Positions 37,212-47,362 of a stretch of DNA of 64,000 nucleotides are shown piece after piece. The stretch is from contig JAGBCV010000006.1 in assembly GCA_017937845.1 (NCBI GenBank), positions 1 to 64,000 on the forward strand, given 5' to 3'. The DNA comes from Clostridia bacterium (GTDB taxonomy: Bacteria; Bacillota; Clostridia; Oscillospirales; CAG-272). A program made the translations under genes and the position numbers. Numbering within the stretch: the stretch's first letter is position 1; each line of letters opens with the position of its first letter. A model generated the notes under the pieces. It searched no databases, was not told the DNA's origin, and saw only the letters and a list, made by a program, of their open reading frames with translations.

Positions 37212-39365
37212 ATGGAAATTCTTGAAAGACTCAGCGAAGAGCTTGGCATCAAGCTTTCGCAAATCGAAGCCGCGGTAAATCTTCTTGACGAGGGTAATAC
37301 CATTCCGTTTATCGCGCGTTACCGCAAGGAAGTCACAGGCTCGCTTGACGATGAACAGCTCCGCGCACTTTCCGACCGTCTGAATTATCTCCGCGGTCTG
37401 GAGAAACGCAAGGAGGAGGTCTACAACGCCATCTTTGAACAAGGCAAGATGACCCCCGAGATCGAAGAAGCGCTGAAAGAAGCGAAAATTCTCGCGGAAG
37501 TGGAGGATATCTACCGTCCGTATAAGCAGAAAAAGAAAACGCGCGCATCCGTTGCCCGTGAACGCGGACTCACTCCCTTGGCTGAGCTCCTCATGGAGCA
37601 GGCGGATAAGTACGACGCAGACCTCACCGTTCTTGCAGAAGGCTATATCAACGAAGAAAAGGGCGTGGAAACTGCGAAAGCCGCTCTTGCAGGTGCAATG
37701 GACATCATCGCGGAAGACATCTCTGACGATGCGGATTATCGCCGTGATATCCGCGCACTGACCTATGAACACGCATTTCTTTCCGCAAAGCAGGCAAAGG
37801 ACGAGGATTCCGTCTACGCCATGTATTATGATTATAATGAAAAGATCAAGGTCGTTCCCTCTCACCGTGTGCTTGCCATCAACCGCGGCGAAAAGGAAGA
37901 ATTTTTGAAGGTCTCCGTAGACATCTCCAAGGATATTCCGCTCAACTATTTGCTTTCTAAGGTCGTCAAAGCACCGAAAAGCCCTGCATTTCTCTACGTC
38001 GTTTCCGCGATGGTAGACAGCTACGACCGTCTGATCGCGCCCTCCATCGAGCGTGAGATCCGCTCCGACCTTTTTGACGTGGCAAGCGAAGGCGCGATCA
38101 AGCTTTTCTCTCAGAATCTCAAAAATCTTCTGATGCAAGCGCCCATCAAGGGAAAGACCGTCCTCGGACTTGACCCCGGTTACAGAACGGGCTGTAAGCT
38201 TGCCGTCGTCGATAAAACGGGCAAGGTTCTCGATACCGCCGTCATCTATCCGACAAAGCCCCACGAAAAGACCGAACAGGCAAAGAAGATCGTCAAAAAT
38301 CTCGTGACAAAATATAACGTCGATATCGTTTCCATCGGCAATGGTACGGCATCCAAGGAAAGCGAGATCTTCGTTGCCGAAACGCTCAAGGAAATCGGCA
38401 TCGGCACCAAGTATATCGTCACGAGCGAAGCGGGCGCGTCCGTTTATTCCGCCTCCAAGCTCGGTGCAGAGGAATTTCCCGACTTTGACGTAACGCAAAG
38501 AAGCGCCGTTTCCATTGCGCGCAGAATCCAAGACCCGCTTGCCGAGCTCGTCAAAATCGACCCAAAATCCATCGGTGTCGGACAGTATCAGCATGATATG
38601 AAGGAGGCGCGCCTTGACGAAGCGCTTTCGGGTGTCGTTGAGGAATGTGTAAACGCAGTCGGCGTAGACGTCAACACCGCATCGTATTCCCTGCTTGAGC
38701 ATATCGCGGGCATCAACGCGACCTCAGCCAAGAACATCGTCAAATACCGCGAGGAAAACGGCGAATTTAAGAAGCGCTCCGAAATCAAAAAGGTTCCCCG
38801 CATCGGCGCGAAGGCGTTTGAGCAGTGCGCGGGCTTCCTCCGCGTTTCGGGTTCGGACGAGATTTTCGATAATACGGGTATCCATCCCGAATCCTATGAA
38901 AAAGCGACGCTCCTCCTCGGCAAGTTCGGTTACACGAAAAAGGACATCACCATTCAAGGGCTCAAGGGGCTTCGCAAAGCGGCTGACCTTTACGGCATGG
39001 ATAAGCTCTGCGCGGAGCTTGCCATCGGCGAGCCGACGGTCATCGATATTTTAAGCGAGCTGGAAAAACCGGGACGCGATATCCGAGATGACCTGCCCAT
39101 GCCCGAGCTTCATTCCGATATCCTCGATATTTCCGACCTTTCCGTCGGCATGGTGCTGAACGGTGTTGTACGCAACGTCATCGACTTTGGTGCGTTTGTT
39201 GACATCGGCGTGCATCAGGACGGACTCGTTCATGTTTCTGAAATTTGCAAAAAGTTCATCAAGCACCCAAGCGAGATGCTTTCCGTAGGAGATCAGGTCA
39301 AGGTCAAGATCAAATCGCTCGATATCGCCAAAAAGCGCATCGGACTCACCATGAAAGACGTCTAA
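37212..39365 (+). CDS. tex: Transcription accessory protein Tex
   Basis: 717 aa. YqgF/RNaseH-like, HhH and C-terminal S1 domains (GMVLNGVVRNVIDFGAFVDIG). Confidence 0.9.
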   Translation: MEILERLSEELGIKLSQIEAAVNLLDEGNTIPFIARYRKEVTGSLDDEQLRALSDRLNYLRGLEKRKEEVYNAIFEQGKMTPEIEEALKEAKILAEVEDIYRPYKQKKKTRASVARERGLTPLAELLMEQADKYDADLTVLAEGYINEEKGVETAKAALAGAMDIIAEDISDDADYRRDIRALTYEHAFLSAKQAKDEDSVYAMYYDYNEKIKVVPSHRVLAINRGEKEEFLKVSVDISKDIPLNYLLSKVVKAPKSPAFLYVVSAMVDSYDRLIAPSIEREIRSDLFDVASEGAIKLFSQNLKNLLMQAPIKGKTVLGLDPGYRTGCKLAVVDKTGKVLDTAVIYPTKPHEKTEQAKKIVKNLVTKYNVDIVSIGNGTASKESEIFVAETLKEIGIGTKYIVTSEAGASVYSASKLGAEEFPDFDVTQRSAVSIARRIQDPLAELVKIDPKSIGVGQYQHDMKEARLDEALSGVVEECVNAVGVDVNTASYSLLEHIAGINATSAKNIVKYREENGEFKKRSEIKKVPRIGAKAFEQCAGFLRVSGSDEIFDNTGIHPESYEKATLLLGKFGYTKKDITIQGLKGLRKAADLYGMDKLCAELAIGEPTVIDILSELEKPGRDIRDDLPMPELHSDILDISDLSVGMVLNGVVRNVIDFGAFVDIGVHQDGLVHVSEICKKFIKHPSEMLSVGDQVKVKIKSLDIAKKRIGLTMKDV

Positions 39366-39645
39366 TAAATTAGTAAATCAAAAGTCGATTCTTACCCCCA
39401 AACCGCGTTCCGCGCTCTTTTGTGCAATTATAACAAATATATTTCTGAAATTTCGGAGATTTGCCATCTTCCAAAATTGACAAATCTCTGCTATAATAAG
39501 ATTGTTACTAAATGTAGTTAGTTTTTAGTTGTATTTTGACAAATATGGTGTTTTTCCCGATTCCTGTTTGTCTGACATCGCTCATCGGCGGCTGAGTGAT
39601 GGAATCACAAAAAATGCTTTTGTCGCCGAGAACGGAGTCAAAATT

Positions 39646-40818
39646 ATGGCAAGCCTTTCCTTGAGACACATCTACAAAAAGTACCCCGGCGGTGTAACTG
39701 CGGTTTCTGACTTCTGCCTTGAAATCAAAGATACCGAGTTTATCATCTTCGTAGGTCCTTCCGGTTGCGGTAAATCCACCACACTTCGTATGATTGCCGG
39801 ACTTGAAGAAATTTCCGAGGGCGAACTTTTCATCGGCGACAGACTCGTCAATGACGTTGCCCCCAAGGACAGAGATATCGCGATGGTATTCCAGAACTAC
39901 GCTCTGTATCCTCACATGACTATTTTCGATAACATGGCGTTCGGTCTTAAACTCCGCAAGATGCCCAAAGAAACCATCAAGCGTAAAGTTGAAGAAGCTG
40001 CTCGTATCCTCGAAATCACTCACCTTCTCGACCGTTATCCGAAGGCTCTCTCTGGTGGTCAGAAGCAGCGTGTTGCGCTCGGTCGTGCGATCGTCCGTGA
40101 CCCTAAGGTATTCCTTCTTGACGAACCGCTTTCCAACTTGGACGCAAAGCTTCGTGCTGCGATGAGAACCGAAATCACCAAGCTCCACAACAAGCTCGGT
40201 ACTACATTCATCTACGTAACACACGACCAGGTAGAAGCTATGACCATGGCTACTCGTATCGTTGTTATGAAAGACGGTATCATTCAGCAGGTTGATACTC
40301 CTCAGAACCTCTACGATAGCCCTGTTAACACCTTCGTTGCAGGCTTTATCGGCACACCTCAGATGAACTTCATCAACTGCTCTCTCGTAAAAGAAGGCAA
40401 TGGTGTATACCTCCAGTTCGGCGAAATCAAGATCAAGCTTCCTGAAGAAAAGGGCAACCTCCCCGCACTTCAGCCTTACATCGGCAAGGAAGTTATCGCA
40501 GGTGTTCGTCCCGAATGTATCGTTGATACTCCTGCTCAGATCGCAGTTATGGAAGACGCTTCCTTCGACGTATACGTTGACGTTACCGAACTTATGGGCG
40601 CTGAAATCTACCTCTACCTCATTGCAAACCGCGTAGTTGTAGACGAAGCTCTCGCTGCTAAGAAGAACATCGTTATCGACAAATCCGGTGAAGTTAAGCT
40701 CACTGCTCGTGTATCCCCCAGATCCACTGCAAGAGGCGGCGACACCATCAAGGTTGCTATCGATACTTCCAGAGTTCACATCTTTGACAAAGACACCGAA
40801 AAGTGCATCTGCCACTAA
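39646..40818 (+). CDS. msmK: Sugar ABC transporter ATP-binding protein (MalK/UgpC/MsmK type), stand-alone
   Basis: Walker A GPSGCGKST, signature LSGGQKQR, Walker B FLLDEPLSNLD. C-terminal TOBE regulatory domain. No permease genes adjacent. Confidence 0.85.
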   Translation: MASLSLRHIYKKYPGGVTAVSDFCLEIKDTEFIIFVGPSGCGKSTTLRMIAGLEEISEGELFIGDRLVNDVAPKDRDIAMVFQNYALYPHMTIFDNMAFGLKLRKMPKETIKRKVEEAARILEITHLLDRYPKALSGGQKQRVALGRAIVRDPKVFLLDEPLSNLDAKLRAAMRTEITKLHNKLGTTFIYVTHDQVEAMTMATRIVVMKDGIIQQVDTPQNLYDSPVNTFVAGFIGTPQMNFINCSLVKEGNGVYLQFGEIKIKLPEEKGNLPALQPYIGKEVIAGVRPECIVDTPAQIAVMEDASFDVYVDVTELMGAEIYLYLIANRVVVDEALAAKKNIVIDKSGEVKLTARVSPRSTARGGDTIKVAIDTSRVHIFDKDTEKCICH

Positions 40819-40828
40819 TATCTACAAT

Positions 40829-40856
40829 AAAACGCCCGCGCACGCGGGCGTTTTTA
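40829..40856 (+). terminator. Rho-independent terminator
   Basis: aaaacgcccgcg-cac-gcgggcgttttt. Confidence 0.7.
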
Positions 40857-40887
40857 ATACCCATCCATGTCAAGGAGGTTTCACATT

Positions 40888-41355
40888 ATGAAGCTTTATA
40901 TCAAGCAAAAAGTCTTTTCCATCGGCGAACGCTTCACCGTCAAGGACGAATTTGGCAACGATCGTTATTTCGTAGAGGGCGAATGGCTTTCCATTCCCAA
41001 AAAATTTCGCATCCTTGACGCGCAGAACCAAGAAGTTTTGCTTTTGGAATCGAAATTCTTTTCTTTCATGCCCGCTTATCAGATCATCCGAAACGGCGAA
41101 GTCGCGGCAGAAATCGTCAAGGAATTTTCCTTTTTCCGCCCGAAATATCGCATTGACGGCTCACCCTTTTCCGTAGAAGGCGATGTTTTTACGCATGATT
41201 ACACGATCTTACGCGACGGCACACCCGTTGCCTCCATCTCCAAGGAATGGTTCACATGGGGTGACAGCTACATGATCGACAATTACAAGGGTGAGGACGA
41301 AGAAATGCTTCTCGCCATTCTCATCGTCATCGACTTCGTTCTCTCCCGCGATTGA
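40888..41355 (+). CDS. LURP-one-related/tubby-like (DUF567, YxjI-type) protein
   Basis: RBS aaggagg. ~155 aa with the family's repeated beta-strand pattern (FTVKDEFGNDRYFVEG..., ILDAQNQEVL...). Confidence 0.55.
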   Translation: MKLYIKQKVFSIGERFTVKDEFGNDRYFVEGEWLSIPKKFRILDAQNQEVLLLESKFFSFMPAYQIIRNGEVAAEIVKEFSFFRPKYRIDGSPFSVEGDVFTHDYTILRDGTPVASISKEWFTWGDSYMIDNYKGEDEEMLLAILIVIDFVLSRD

Positions 41356-41356
41356 C

Positions 41357-41470
41357 TGCTTTTTCTTTTGGGACAAAGAAAAAGCATCGCAAAAAGAAAG
41401 CATACACTTCTTTTCTCTGCAAAGAGAAAAGAAGCAAAAGAGTTGCAAGGGACTCGTCCCTTGACCCGTT
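41357..41470. repeat. Composite palindromic repeat element (CTTTTTCTTT-loop-AAAGAAAAAG, then CTTCTTTTCTCT-gca-AGAGAAAAGAAG, then ccttgaccc)
   Basis: Same architecture as 61315-61505. First hairpin also related to 42407-42440. Confidence 0.5.
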
Positions 41471-41496
41471 TTGCGGTGTGTATCTATACATAGCGA

Positions 41497-41526
41497 AAAG
41501 CTCCGAATGTTCGGAGCTTTTTTGCT
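41497..41526. terminator. Bidirectional intrinsic terminator
   Basis: aaaagctccgaa-tgt-tcggagctttttt. Confidence 0.7.
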
Positions 41527-41573
41527 ATATAAGAAAAAATAAGATCATTCACATTCCGCTTTATGCAAATATA

Positions 41574-42215
41574 TCACTGTAATGTTCCCAACATTGCCGC
41601 TCCGCCCCATTCGACGACGGTAAATCCTTCGCGCTCAAACGGCTTGATTTCGGGCGCTTCGACCTCGATGGGCTTTGTAAGGGGCTGATAGACCATAAAT
41701 ACGCGAAGAAGGCTATCGGGAGTCGGGGTGATGCTCAAAACCGCGCTTTCGGTATAAAGCTCGTTTTGGAACGTGATAAGATTATAAGGGTTATTCGCCA
41801 TTCTCGGGAGCCAATAGGTGATAAAATCGTTGCGTTCACGGGGAGAAAGCCCCATTTTGGTGAGCGTTTCCTCCAAAAAATCCGCCGTTTCACTTCCCTT
41901 TACGACGTAACCGCGAGTCATATCCCACTTGATATCAGCAACGCCTTCCCAAAAGAGATAGAAATACTCCTTGCCTGTCGCGGCATCGTAAAGCGTACCG
42001 TCGGGAGATGCGATGACAGACCAGCCGTCAGCATATTCGGGATAGGTGCAGAGCAGCGTGCCGTTGTAATCAAGCTCGACCATGACGCCGGTTTCTTCCT
42101 CTGGATAGAGATAGATGACGGGTTTTTCTGCTTGAATCGGCTCCCATGGTGGATTGCAAGCAGTCATAGAAACGAGCATAACAAGCGTCAATAAGCATAC
42201 GATACATTTTTTCAT
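41574..42215 (-). CDS. Hypothetical lipoprotein
   Basis: Signal peptide and lipobox MTAC. No domain recognised. Confidence 0.5.
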   Translation of the reverse strand: MKKCIVCLLTLVMLVSMTACNPPWEPIQAEKPVIYLYPEEETGVMVELDYNGTLLCTYPEYADGWSVIASPDGTLYDAATGKEYFYLFWEGVADIKWDMTRGYVVKGSETADFLEETLTKMGLSPRERNDFITYWLPRMANNPYNLITFQNELYTESAVLSITPTPDSLLRVFMVYQPLTKPIEVEAPEIKPFEREGFTVVEWGGAAMLGTLQ

Positions 42216-42363
42216 AGAAAAATCCTCCTAAATTTTCGATTTCATTTCTTAGTCGAAGATTCAGGAGGATTTTCTCACCCAAAACCAAAAATTTATTCTT
42301 TTTTGAAAAATTTTTGCGACATCTCATAAATCGCGGTCGAGCTGGCTCAGCTCGCGGTTTTTT

Positions 42364-42440
42364 GGCACTTTTTTGGCGGCAAAAAAGTGCCTATGCTTTC
42401 TTTTTGGTAACTTTTTCTTTGTCCCAAAAGAAAAAGTTAC
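42364..42440. repeat. Two adjacent palindromes: ggcacttttttg-gcggc-aaaaaagtgcc and gtaactttttcttt-gtccca-aaagaaaaagttac
   Basis: The second is a 14-bp perfect-arm member of the CTTTTTCTTT/AAAGAAAAAG family. Its loop is the reverse complement of the loop at 41367-41372. Confidence 0.5.
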
Positions 42441-43105
42441 TTCTCAGAAATTGTTACATTGGCGGGGAGGATATCGGCTTGTAAGTACACGATCTCAAGA
42501 ATTTGGGAAAGCTCGTTGGGTTTAAGTCCCTCGCTCTTGACGATGATATTGGCTTTATCGCCGTTGATAACCGCGACACATTCCTCGAAGCCCTTTGCCT
42601 TGACAAGAGATTCGATATTGGCTTCGGTTTCGATGGTTGCGGCAATCGCGGCGATATCGGCAAGCGCCTGCTCCTTTGCCACGTCGAGCGCGGTCGCGTC
42701 ATCGACGACGCTTTGCAGGACTTCAATGGCTTCGTCACGTGCGCGCTGGCGTTCGATTTGAGATGCCGCAAAGAAATTCACGCCGTCATTCTTTTCGGCG
42801 TCTGTGGGCGCAGAATCGCCGTTTTCACCGCCTGTACTCGTCTGCGCGCCTGTGGGGTTATCGTTCGGGTTTTCGATATCATCCGCATTGCCGAAAAGCG
42901 ACCAATTCACGTAGACCGCCACACCGATCAAAAGAACAGAAAATACGATGACAAAATTGCGTACGCCAAACTTTTTCCAAACCTTTGCACCGCCTGCAAA
43001 AAAGCTCTTGAACGTAAAATTCTTTTCTTCGTTTTCGGGAAGCTCCAGGATGTTGGCTTCCTCCGTCTTGCCTGCTCGCATTGCGGCTCTTTCTTCGTTT
43101 CTCAT
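42437..43105 (-). CDS. spoIIIAH: Stage III sporulation protein AH
   Basis: Last gene of the spoIIIA cluster. N-terminal TM and YscJ/FliF-like C-terminal domain. Operon position. Confidence 0.7.
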   Translation of the reverse strand: MRNEERAAMRAGKTEEANILELPENEEKNFTFKSFFAGGAKVWKKFGVRNFVIVFSVLLIGVAVYVNWSLFGNADDIENPNDNPTGAQTSTGGENGDSAPTDAEKNDGVNFFAASQIERQRARDEAIEVLQSVVDDATALDVAKEQALADIAAIAATIETEANIESLVKAKGFEECVAVINGDKANIIVKSEGLKPNELSQILEIVYLQADILPANVTISEK

Positions 43106-43159
43106 CTTAAAAATCTCCTTTGATATTAAAAAATATGGTTTCTATCTCAAAATCGGGCT

Positions 43160-43654
43160 TCAAGGCGTTCCAACGATACAAATACGATTGCTGGAAAGCC
43201 CGTACGTCGTGGAGATCACGCGGATCAGCTTCGCTTGCATCTCTGGGGAATCGCCACCCTTACAAGCGACCGAAACACCGATGATTTCGGGATAGATCTC
43301 TTTAAGCAGGATCGGGGAATCCGCGCCGCCATCCGTCCGTACCGTGATATATTCCTTCGAGGTGTAATTTTCTTTGATCTCCTCATTGGAAACGTACTGA
43401 AACTCACTCCCCGAAGCAACGCTCACGATGACACGAACATGGCTCGAACCCGTGATCTGCTCCGTTATGTTACCGATTTTATTCTCGATAAGCGCGATAT
43501 ATTCCAACGTCGCGTCATTTTTTTCCGAATTTTCTAAAGTTTTTTCTTCCTTTCCCTGCATCGAGCCGAACAATATCAGCGCCACGCCAAGTATGCCGAC
43601 GATGACCAAGAAAAGACTTTTTTTCTTTCCCGAAAGTCCATCTAAAATACTCAT
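43160..43654 (-). CDS. spoIIIAG: Stage III sporulation protein AG
   Basis: TM anchor plus ring-building-like domain. Operon position. Confidence 0.7.
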   Translation of the reverse strand: MSILDGLSGKKKSLFLVIVGILGVALILFGSMQGKEEKTLENSEKNDATLEYIALIENKIGNITEQITGSSHVRVIVSVASGSEFQYVSNEEIKENYTSKEYITVRTDGGADSPILLKEIYPEIIGVSVACKGGDSPEMQAKLIRVISTTYGLSSNRICIVGTP

Positions 43655-43663
43655 AAATCTCTC

Positions 43664-44152
43664 CTAATCGGAAACCGTGATATTCGGGTTTCCCAAAAAT
43701 TGCTCCGCAAGATACCGCCGCATCTCTTCCCTTTTGGCGCTTGAAATCCCCTCTGCGCGGACATCGATGGAAACGATCTCGATATTTTCGGGGTCTTTTG
43801 CATCAAGTGCGACGGAAACCGCAAGCTTTTCCGTTGCAATATCGTATTTTTGTGAAAGCAAGGCTATGATCGAGGCTTCCATATTTTCTCGGCTTGCCGA
43901 AATCACCGCCTCGGTCAAATTTTCTTCTATCTCCACTTGATGCTCCTCCACCTCCATCTCCACCTCCTCCAGCATTTCGGGAAGCGACGAAACGACGGAG
44001 ATCATCGGTCCCATGATGGCGGCAAGCACACAAAGCGAAATGGCAAAATGGATATATTTTTTCTGTGCGCCGTCGGGTGCCATCGCATAAAACATTCCGC
44101 CGACGGCAATCACGACGATAAATTCTCCGAAAAAAGCAATAAAATCCTTCAT
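43664..44152 (-). CDS. spoIIIAF: Stage III sporulation protein AF
   Basis: Two N-terminal TM helices. Operon position. Confidence 0.65.
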   Translation of the reverse strand: MKDFIAFFGEFIVVIAVGGMFYAMAPDGAQKKYIHFAISLCVLAAIMGPMISVVSSLPEMLEEVEMEVEEHQVEIEENLTEAVISASRENMEASIIALLSQKYDIATEKLAVSVALDAKDPENIEIVSIDVRAEGISSAKREEMRRYLAEQFLGNPNITVSD

Positions 44153-44162
44153 ATTCCCTCCG

Positions 44163-45254
44163 CTACGTGCTCGCCATCATCGAAAGCGACAACACGAAAA
44201 AAACGGCAGAGATCGCCATAATGGCGGCGGTATAGCCAAGAAAGGAAGCGATCTCCGTCATCAGCCTTGTTTCGTTTCCAAGCCCCAAAAGCCCTGCAAT
44301 GAACGAAAGAAGCTCCAAAAACATCTTATGGAGCAAAATACGAATGACAGGGACCGCCACGAGCAAGCAAACGATGACCGCCCCCACAACGCCCGTCGCG
44401 GCTTTGATGGTGCCAAGACCGCCGATGACCGTGGAAAGCGCCTCGTTGACCGCGCCGCCGACGATTGGTACAAAATTACCAACGGCGAATTTGATGCCGC
44501 GCATGGCAAGAGAATCCGTGCTTTTGGCGATGATATTCTGAAACATCAGCACCGCCGAAAGACAAAGCGTCACAAAGCCGAAAATATACGAAATGATTTT
44601 GCGGATATACGGCGCGATCCCGCTGACGCCTGGCATATTGAACACCGCGGAAATGACCGAAAGGCACAAAGAAAGGCGAATCAGAGGAAATAAAACGCGC
44701 GCCGCAATACCTTCAAGTATTGCAACGGCAAGAAAAATCACGCCCGAAATGACCGAAGCAGACGTAAATTTCCCGCTTGCCGCCATGAACGCCGCCATCG
44801 TCGGCGTGATGCTTTTCATAAAAGAAGAAAGCGTCGTGATATAGGACTCGGCAAAGCCAAACGCCGTTTCCGTCACCTCGAAGATAGCCCCCGCCATGCA
44901 AAGCATACTGACAAGATCCATCGCCGTTTGCAGGCTCGAAACGGCAAGCGTCCCCTTGACAGCGTGCAAGATCGAAGAAACCAAAAACAGTCCCAGCAAA
45001 AGCGCAAAGCTCCGCGCCGCATCGGGAACGGCTTCCACCAATATTTTGACACCGATCTCCGAGAAGAAACGGAAATCAAAGGCATTCTGCACGTCAGAGG
45101 CATCCATCTCTTCAAAATCGGGAAGATAGTCCTCCAAGTCCTTCGGCGTTTCCACGTCGATTTTCGGCTCGTCCGCATCACCTGCCAATACAGGCGAAGT
45201 TAAAAATAAAAAAGAAAGCGCGAGCAAAAGCAAGGCAAAGCATCTTTTTTTCAT
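44163..45254 (-). CDS. spoIIIAE: Stage III sporulation protein AE
   Basis: Signal peptide followed by a polytopic membrane domain. Operon position. Confidence 0.75.
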   Translation of the reverse strand: MKKRCFALLLLALSFLFLTSPVLAGDADEPKIDVETPKDLEDYLPDFEEMDASDVQNAFDFRFFSEIGVKILVEAVPDAARSFALLLGLFLVSSILHAVKGTLAVSSLQTAMDLVSMLCMAGAIFEVTETAFGFAESYITTLSSFMKSITPTMAAFMAASGKFTSASVISGVIFLAVAILEGIAARVLFPLIRLSLCLSVISAVFNMPGVSGIAPYIRKIISYIFGFVTLCLSAVLMFQNIIAKSTDSLAMRGIKFAVGNFVPIVGGAVNEALSTVIGGLGTIKAATGVVGAVIVCLLVAVPVIRILLHKMFLELLSFIAGLLGLGNETRLMTEIASFLGYTAAIMAISAVFFVLSLSMMAST

Positions 45255-45634
45255 CCCAAGAACCCCGCTATGTACGAAAGCAACAGCTTCAAAATCGGTA
45301 TACAAAGACTCAAGATCAAGATCTTCGCGGCAAATTCCACCTTAGAAGCAATCGATGCCGCGCCGTTATCTCGGCAAACGTCCGCCGTCACCTGCGACAA
45401 AAGACCAATACCAAGCGTTTTCAAGATCATCGTGGTGTAAACGGAAAAGCCCGTTTCATCGGCAAGCGACGTCAGCGAACGAATCACGGAGGCAATCGAG
45501 CCGATGGAAAGCGCGAGCAAGATAAGCGCGGTCACGATACCCGTAAACGTCGCAAAATCGGGACGAAGTCCCTTGAGAACGACTGTTACGGCAAGCCCAA
45601 GCATTGCAAGCCCACAGATTCCGAGGATATTCAC
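45251..45634 (-). CDS. spoIIIAD: Stage III sporulation protein AD
   Basis: ~127-aa polytopic membrane protein. Operon position. Confidence 0.75.
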   Translation of the reverse strand: MNILGICGLAMLGLAVTVVLKGLRPDFATFTGIVTALILLALSIGSIASVIRSLTSLADETGFSVYTTMILKTLGIGLLSQVTADVCRDNGAASIASKVEFAAKILILSLCIPILKLLLSYIAGFLG

Positions 45635-45825
45635 AGGTCAAAAATGCTTTTCACCGTATCGAAAAGCCCTCCAAGCTCCTGCACGAGCATCATCAGTACG
45701 ATGATGATGCCCGAAAGCGTCACCATCAATGCTTGCTCATCTCGCCCCGATTTGCTGAGTATCTGATGCGCCACGGTGACGAGAATCCCCACCCCCGCGA
45801 CCTTCAAAAGCAGTTCTGTATTCAT
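45631..45825 (-). CDS. spoIIIAC: Stage III sporulation protein AC
   Basis: 64 aa with two TM helices. Operon position. Confidence 0.75.
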   Translation of the reverse strand: MNTELLLKVAGVGILVTVAHQILSKSGRDEQALMVTLSGIIIVLMMLVQELGGLFDTVKSIFDL

Positions 45826-45837
45826 AGCTCCAACTCC

Positions 45838-46341
45838 TCACACCACAAGAATGAGCGTCGCCGCGCCAACGGCAAAGCCCAACGTGCGGTAGACCTTGAT
45901 ATTTTTCTTCATTTCCGATTTCTGTTTTTCCGTTTCCGCCGCCAATGCTCTTGTATAATACGCCATCGTTTTGAGCTGCAATTCCTCGTTGCTTTTGCCG
46001 ATACACGCGCCAAAGCCTTGTACGATGGCAAGCTGTGCTTCCGTCAGATGCAGATTCCCCTTGCAGGCATTGAGCGCAGATGTCCACACGTCAAAATACA
46101 CTTCATCGGTTTCATGCGTTGCCAAGGCTTGCAAAAAGCCGACACGGGATAAAACATCGTTTTCTATATGCTTATAGATCAATTTTGTCGGCGCAAAAAA
46201 ATAACCGATCTGATTTTGTATATAAGCAAAAAGCTCCAAAAACGCTTCACATTCCGCCGTTCGTGCGCGTTCGGTCTTTCCTGCGGAAATTCCCCACGAA
46301 AGCGACACCAAAAAGCACACGAAAGCCCCCAAAAGCTTCAT
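45838..46341 (-). CDS. spoIIIAB: Stage III sporulation protein AB
   Basis: ~167 aa with N- and C-terminal TM helices. Operon position. Confidence 0.7.
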   Translation of the reverse strand: MKLLGAFVCFLVSLSWGISAGKTERARTAECEAFLELFAYIQNQIGYFFAPTKLIYKHIENDVLSRVGFLQALATHETDEVYFDVWTSALNACKGNLHLTEAQLAIVQGFGACIGKSNEELQLKTMAYYTRALAAETEKQKSEMKKNIKVYRTLGFAVGAATLILVV

Positions 46342-47261
46342 ACGACAAGCGCCTCCTTTTCAGCATCCAAAATATCAAAAAGAAAACTACCTGTTCCCTC
46401 TTTTCGGGAAAGCCCGATATAATACCGAAAAATATGATGGTCGTATAACGTGCGGATATTGGGGCGTTTCAAGAGCATATCAAAGCTCTCTGCGTGCGCG
46501 GTGGCGATCAGCGGAACACCGCTGTTTGCCGCGGAAAGTATCGCTTTTGCTTCCTCCGCGGAACCGATCTCGTCACAAAAGATCACCTCCGGCGAAAGCG
46601 TTCTCGTCGCAATTTCAATACCTTTGGCGCGAGGATAGCCATGCAAAACATCAACAAGACTTTCCGCAAACATACTTTTCATATAAATTTCTCCGCGGGT
46701 ATCGATCAGCGCCACGCGCTTTGCGTGGTTTCCCTTGGAAAGTGTTGCCGCCATATCACGAATCAAGGTCGTTTTGCCGACGTTCGGCGGGGCATATATC
46801 AGCGCACCTTGAATGGATTCTTGACGTATATACCGCAAAATTTCATGTGAAGCTCCGCTTATGGGGTGCGGTATGCGTATCGAAAGCGAGGTCATGCCGT
46901 AGATACTGCGAATCGAATCTCCGCTGATACCTGCCCGCCCGCAAACGCCGATACGGTATCCGTTTTCCAGCATGACATAGCCCTCTTTTATGGTTTCACC
47001 ATATGTATGCACCGAATCTTCACATAACTTTTGTAAGGTTTCCGCGACCTCTGCTTCATTGCAGATCACGTACGCTCCGCCAAAGCGCAGGACGTTTCTC
47101 CCTGCAAACGAAACAGACATCGGTGCATTGGCGCGAAGTCGGATTTCGGAAACGTATAAGGTTTGTCCCTTGATGGCGTTCAAAAACACCATCAAAGCCG
47201 AAGATACCTTTTCGGGAAAATATTTCAAAAGCTTCATGAGCTGTTCATCCAATTTTTTCAC
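46338..47261 (-). CDS. spoIIIAA: Stage III sporulation protein AA (secretion-type ATPase)
   Basis: Walker A PPNVGKTT and the ~307-aa length of SpoIIIAA. First gene of the operon. Confidence 0.85.
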   Translation of the reverse strand: MKKLDEQLMKLLKYFPEKVSSALMVFLNAIKGQTLYVSEIRLRANAPMSVSFAGRNVLRFGGAYVICNEAEVAETLQKLCEDSVHTYGETIKEGYVMLENGYRIGVCGRAGISGDSIRSIYGMTSLSIRIPHPISGASHEILRYIRQESIQGALIYAPPNVGKTTLIRDMAATLSKGNHAKRVALIDTRGEIYMKSMFAESLVDVLHGYPRAKGIEIATRTLSPEVIFCDEIGSAEEAKAILSAANSGVPLIATAHAESFDMLLKRPNIRTLYDHHIFRYYIGLSRKEGTGSFLFDILDAEKEALVV

Positions 47262-47299
47262 CTCTTTCTTTTTTGTTTCATTATATGACCTTGTCCGAG

Positions 47300-47345
47300 G
47301 AAGTATGCGTATAAAAAAAGAAAACCATCGTTTTCACGATGGTTT
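47300..47345 (-). terminator. Intrinsic terminator after the large lipoprotein gene
   Basis: gaaaaccatcgtgaaaacgatggttttc flanked by A/T runs. Confidence 0.65.
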
Positions 47346-47362
47346 TCTTTTTTTATTATGGA

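Noticed and set aside
39508-40815. 435-aa ORF antisense to the MsmK-like ABC ATPase gene
   Set aside because: Walker A, signature and Walker B motifs are on the plus strand. The antisense frame has no features.
47262-47362. A sigma-E (KMATATT-N14-CATACAnT) promoter call for spoIIIAA
   Set aside because: A tcatata -35-like element is present, but no convincing CATACA -10 at the right spacing could be found.
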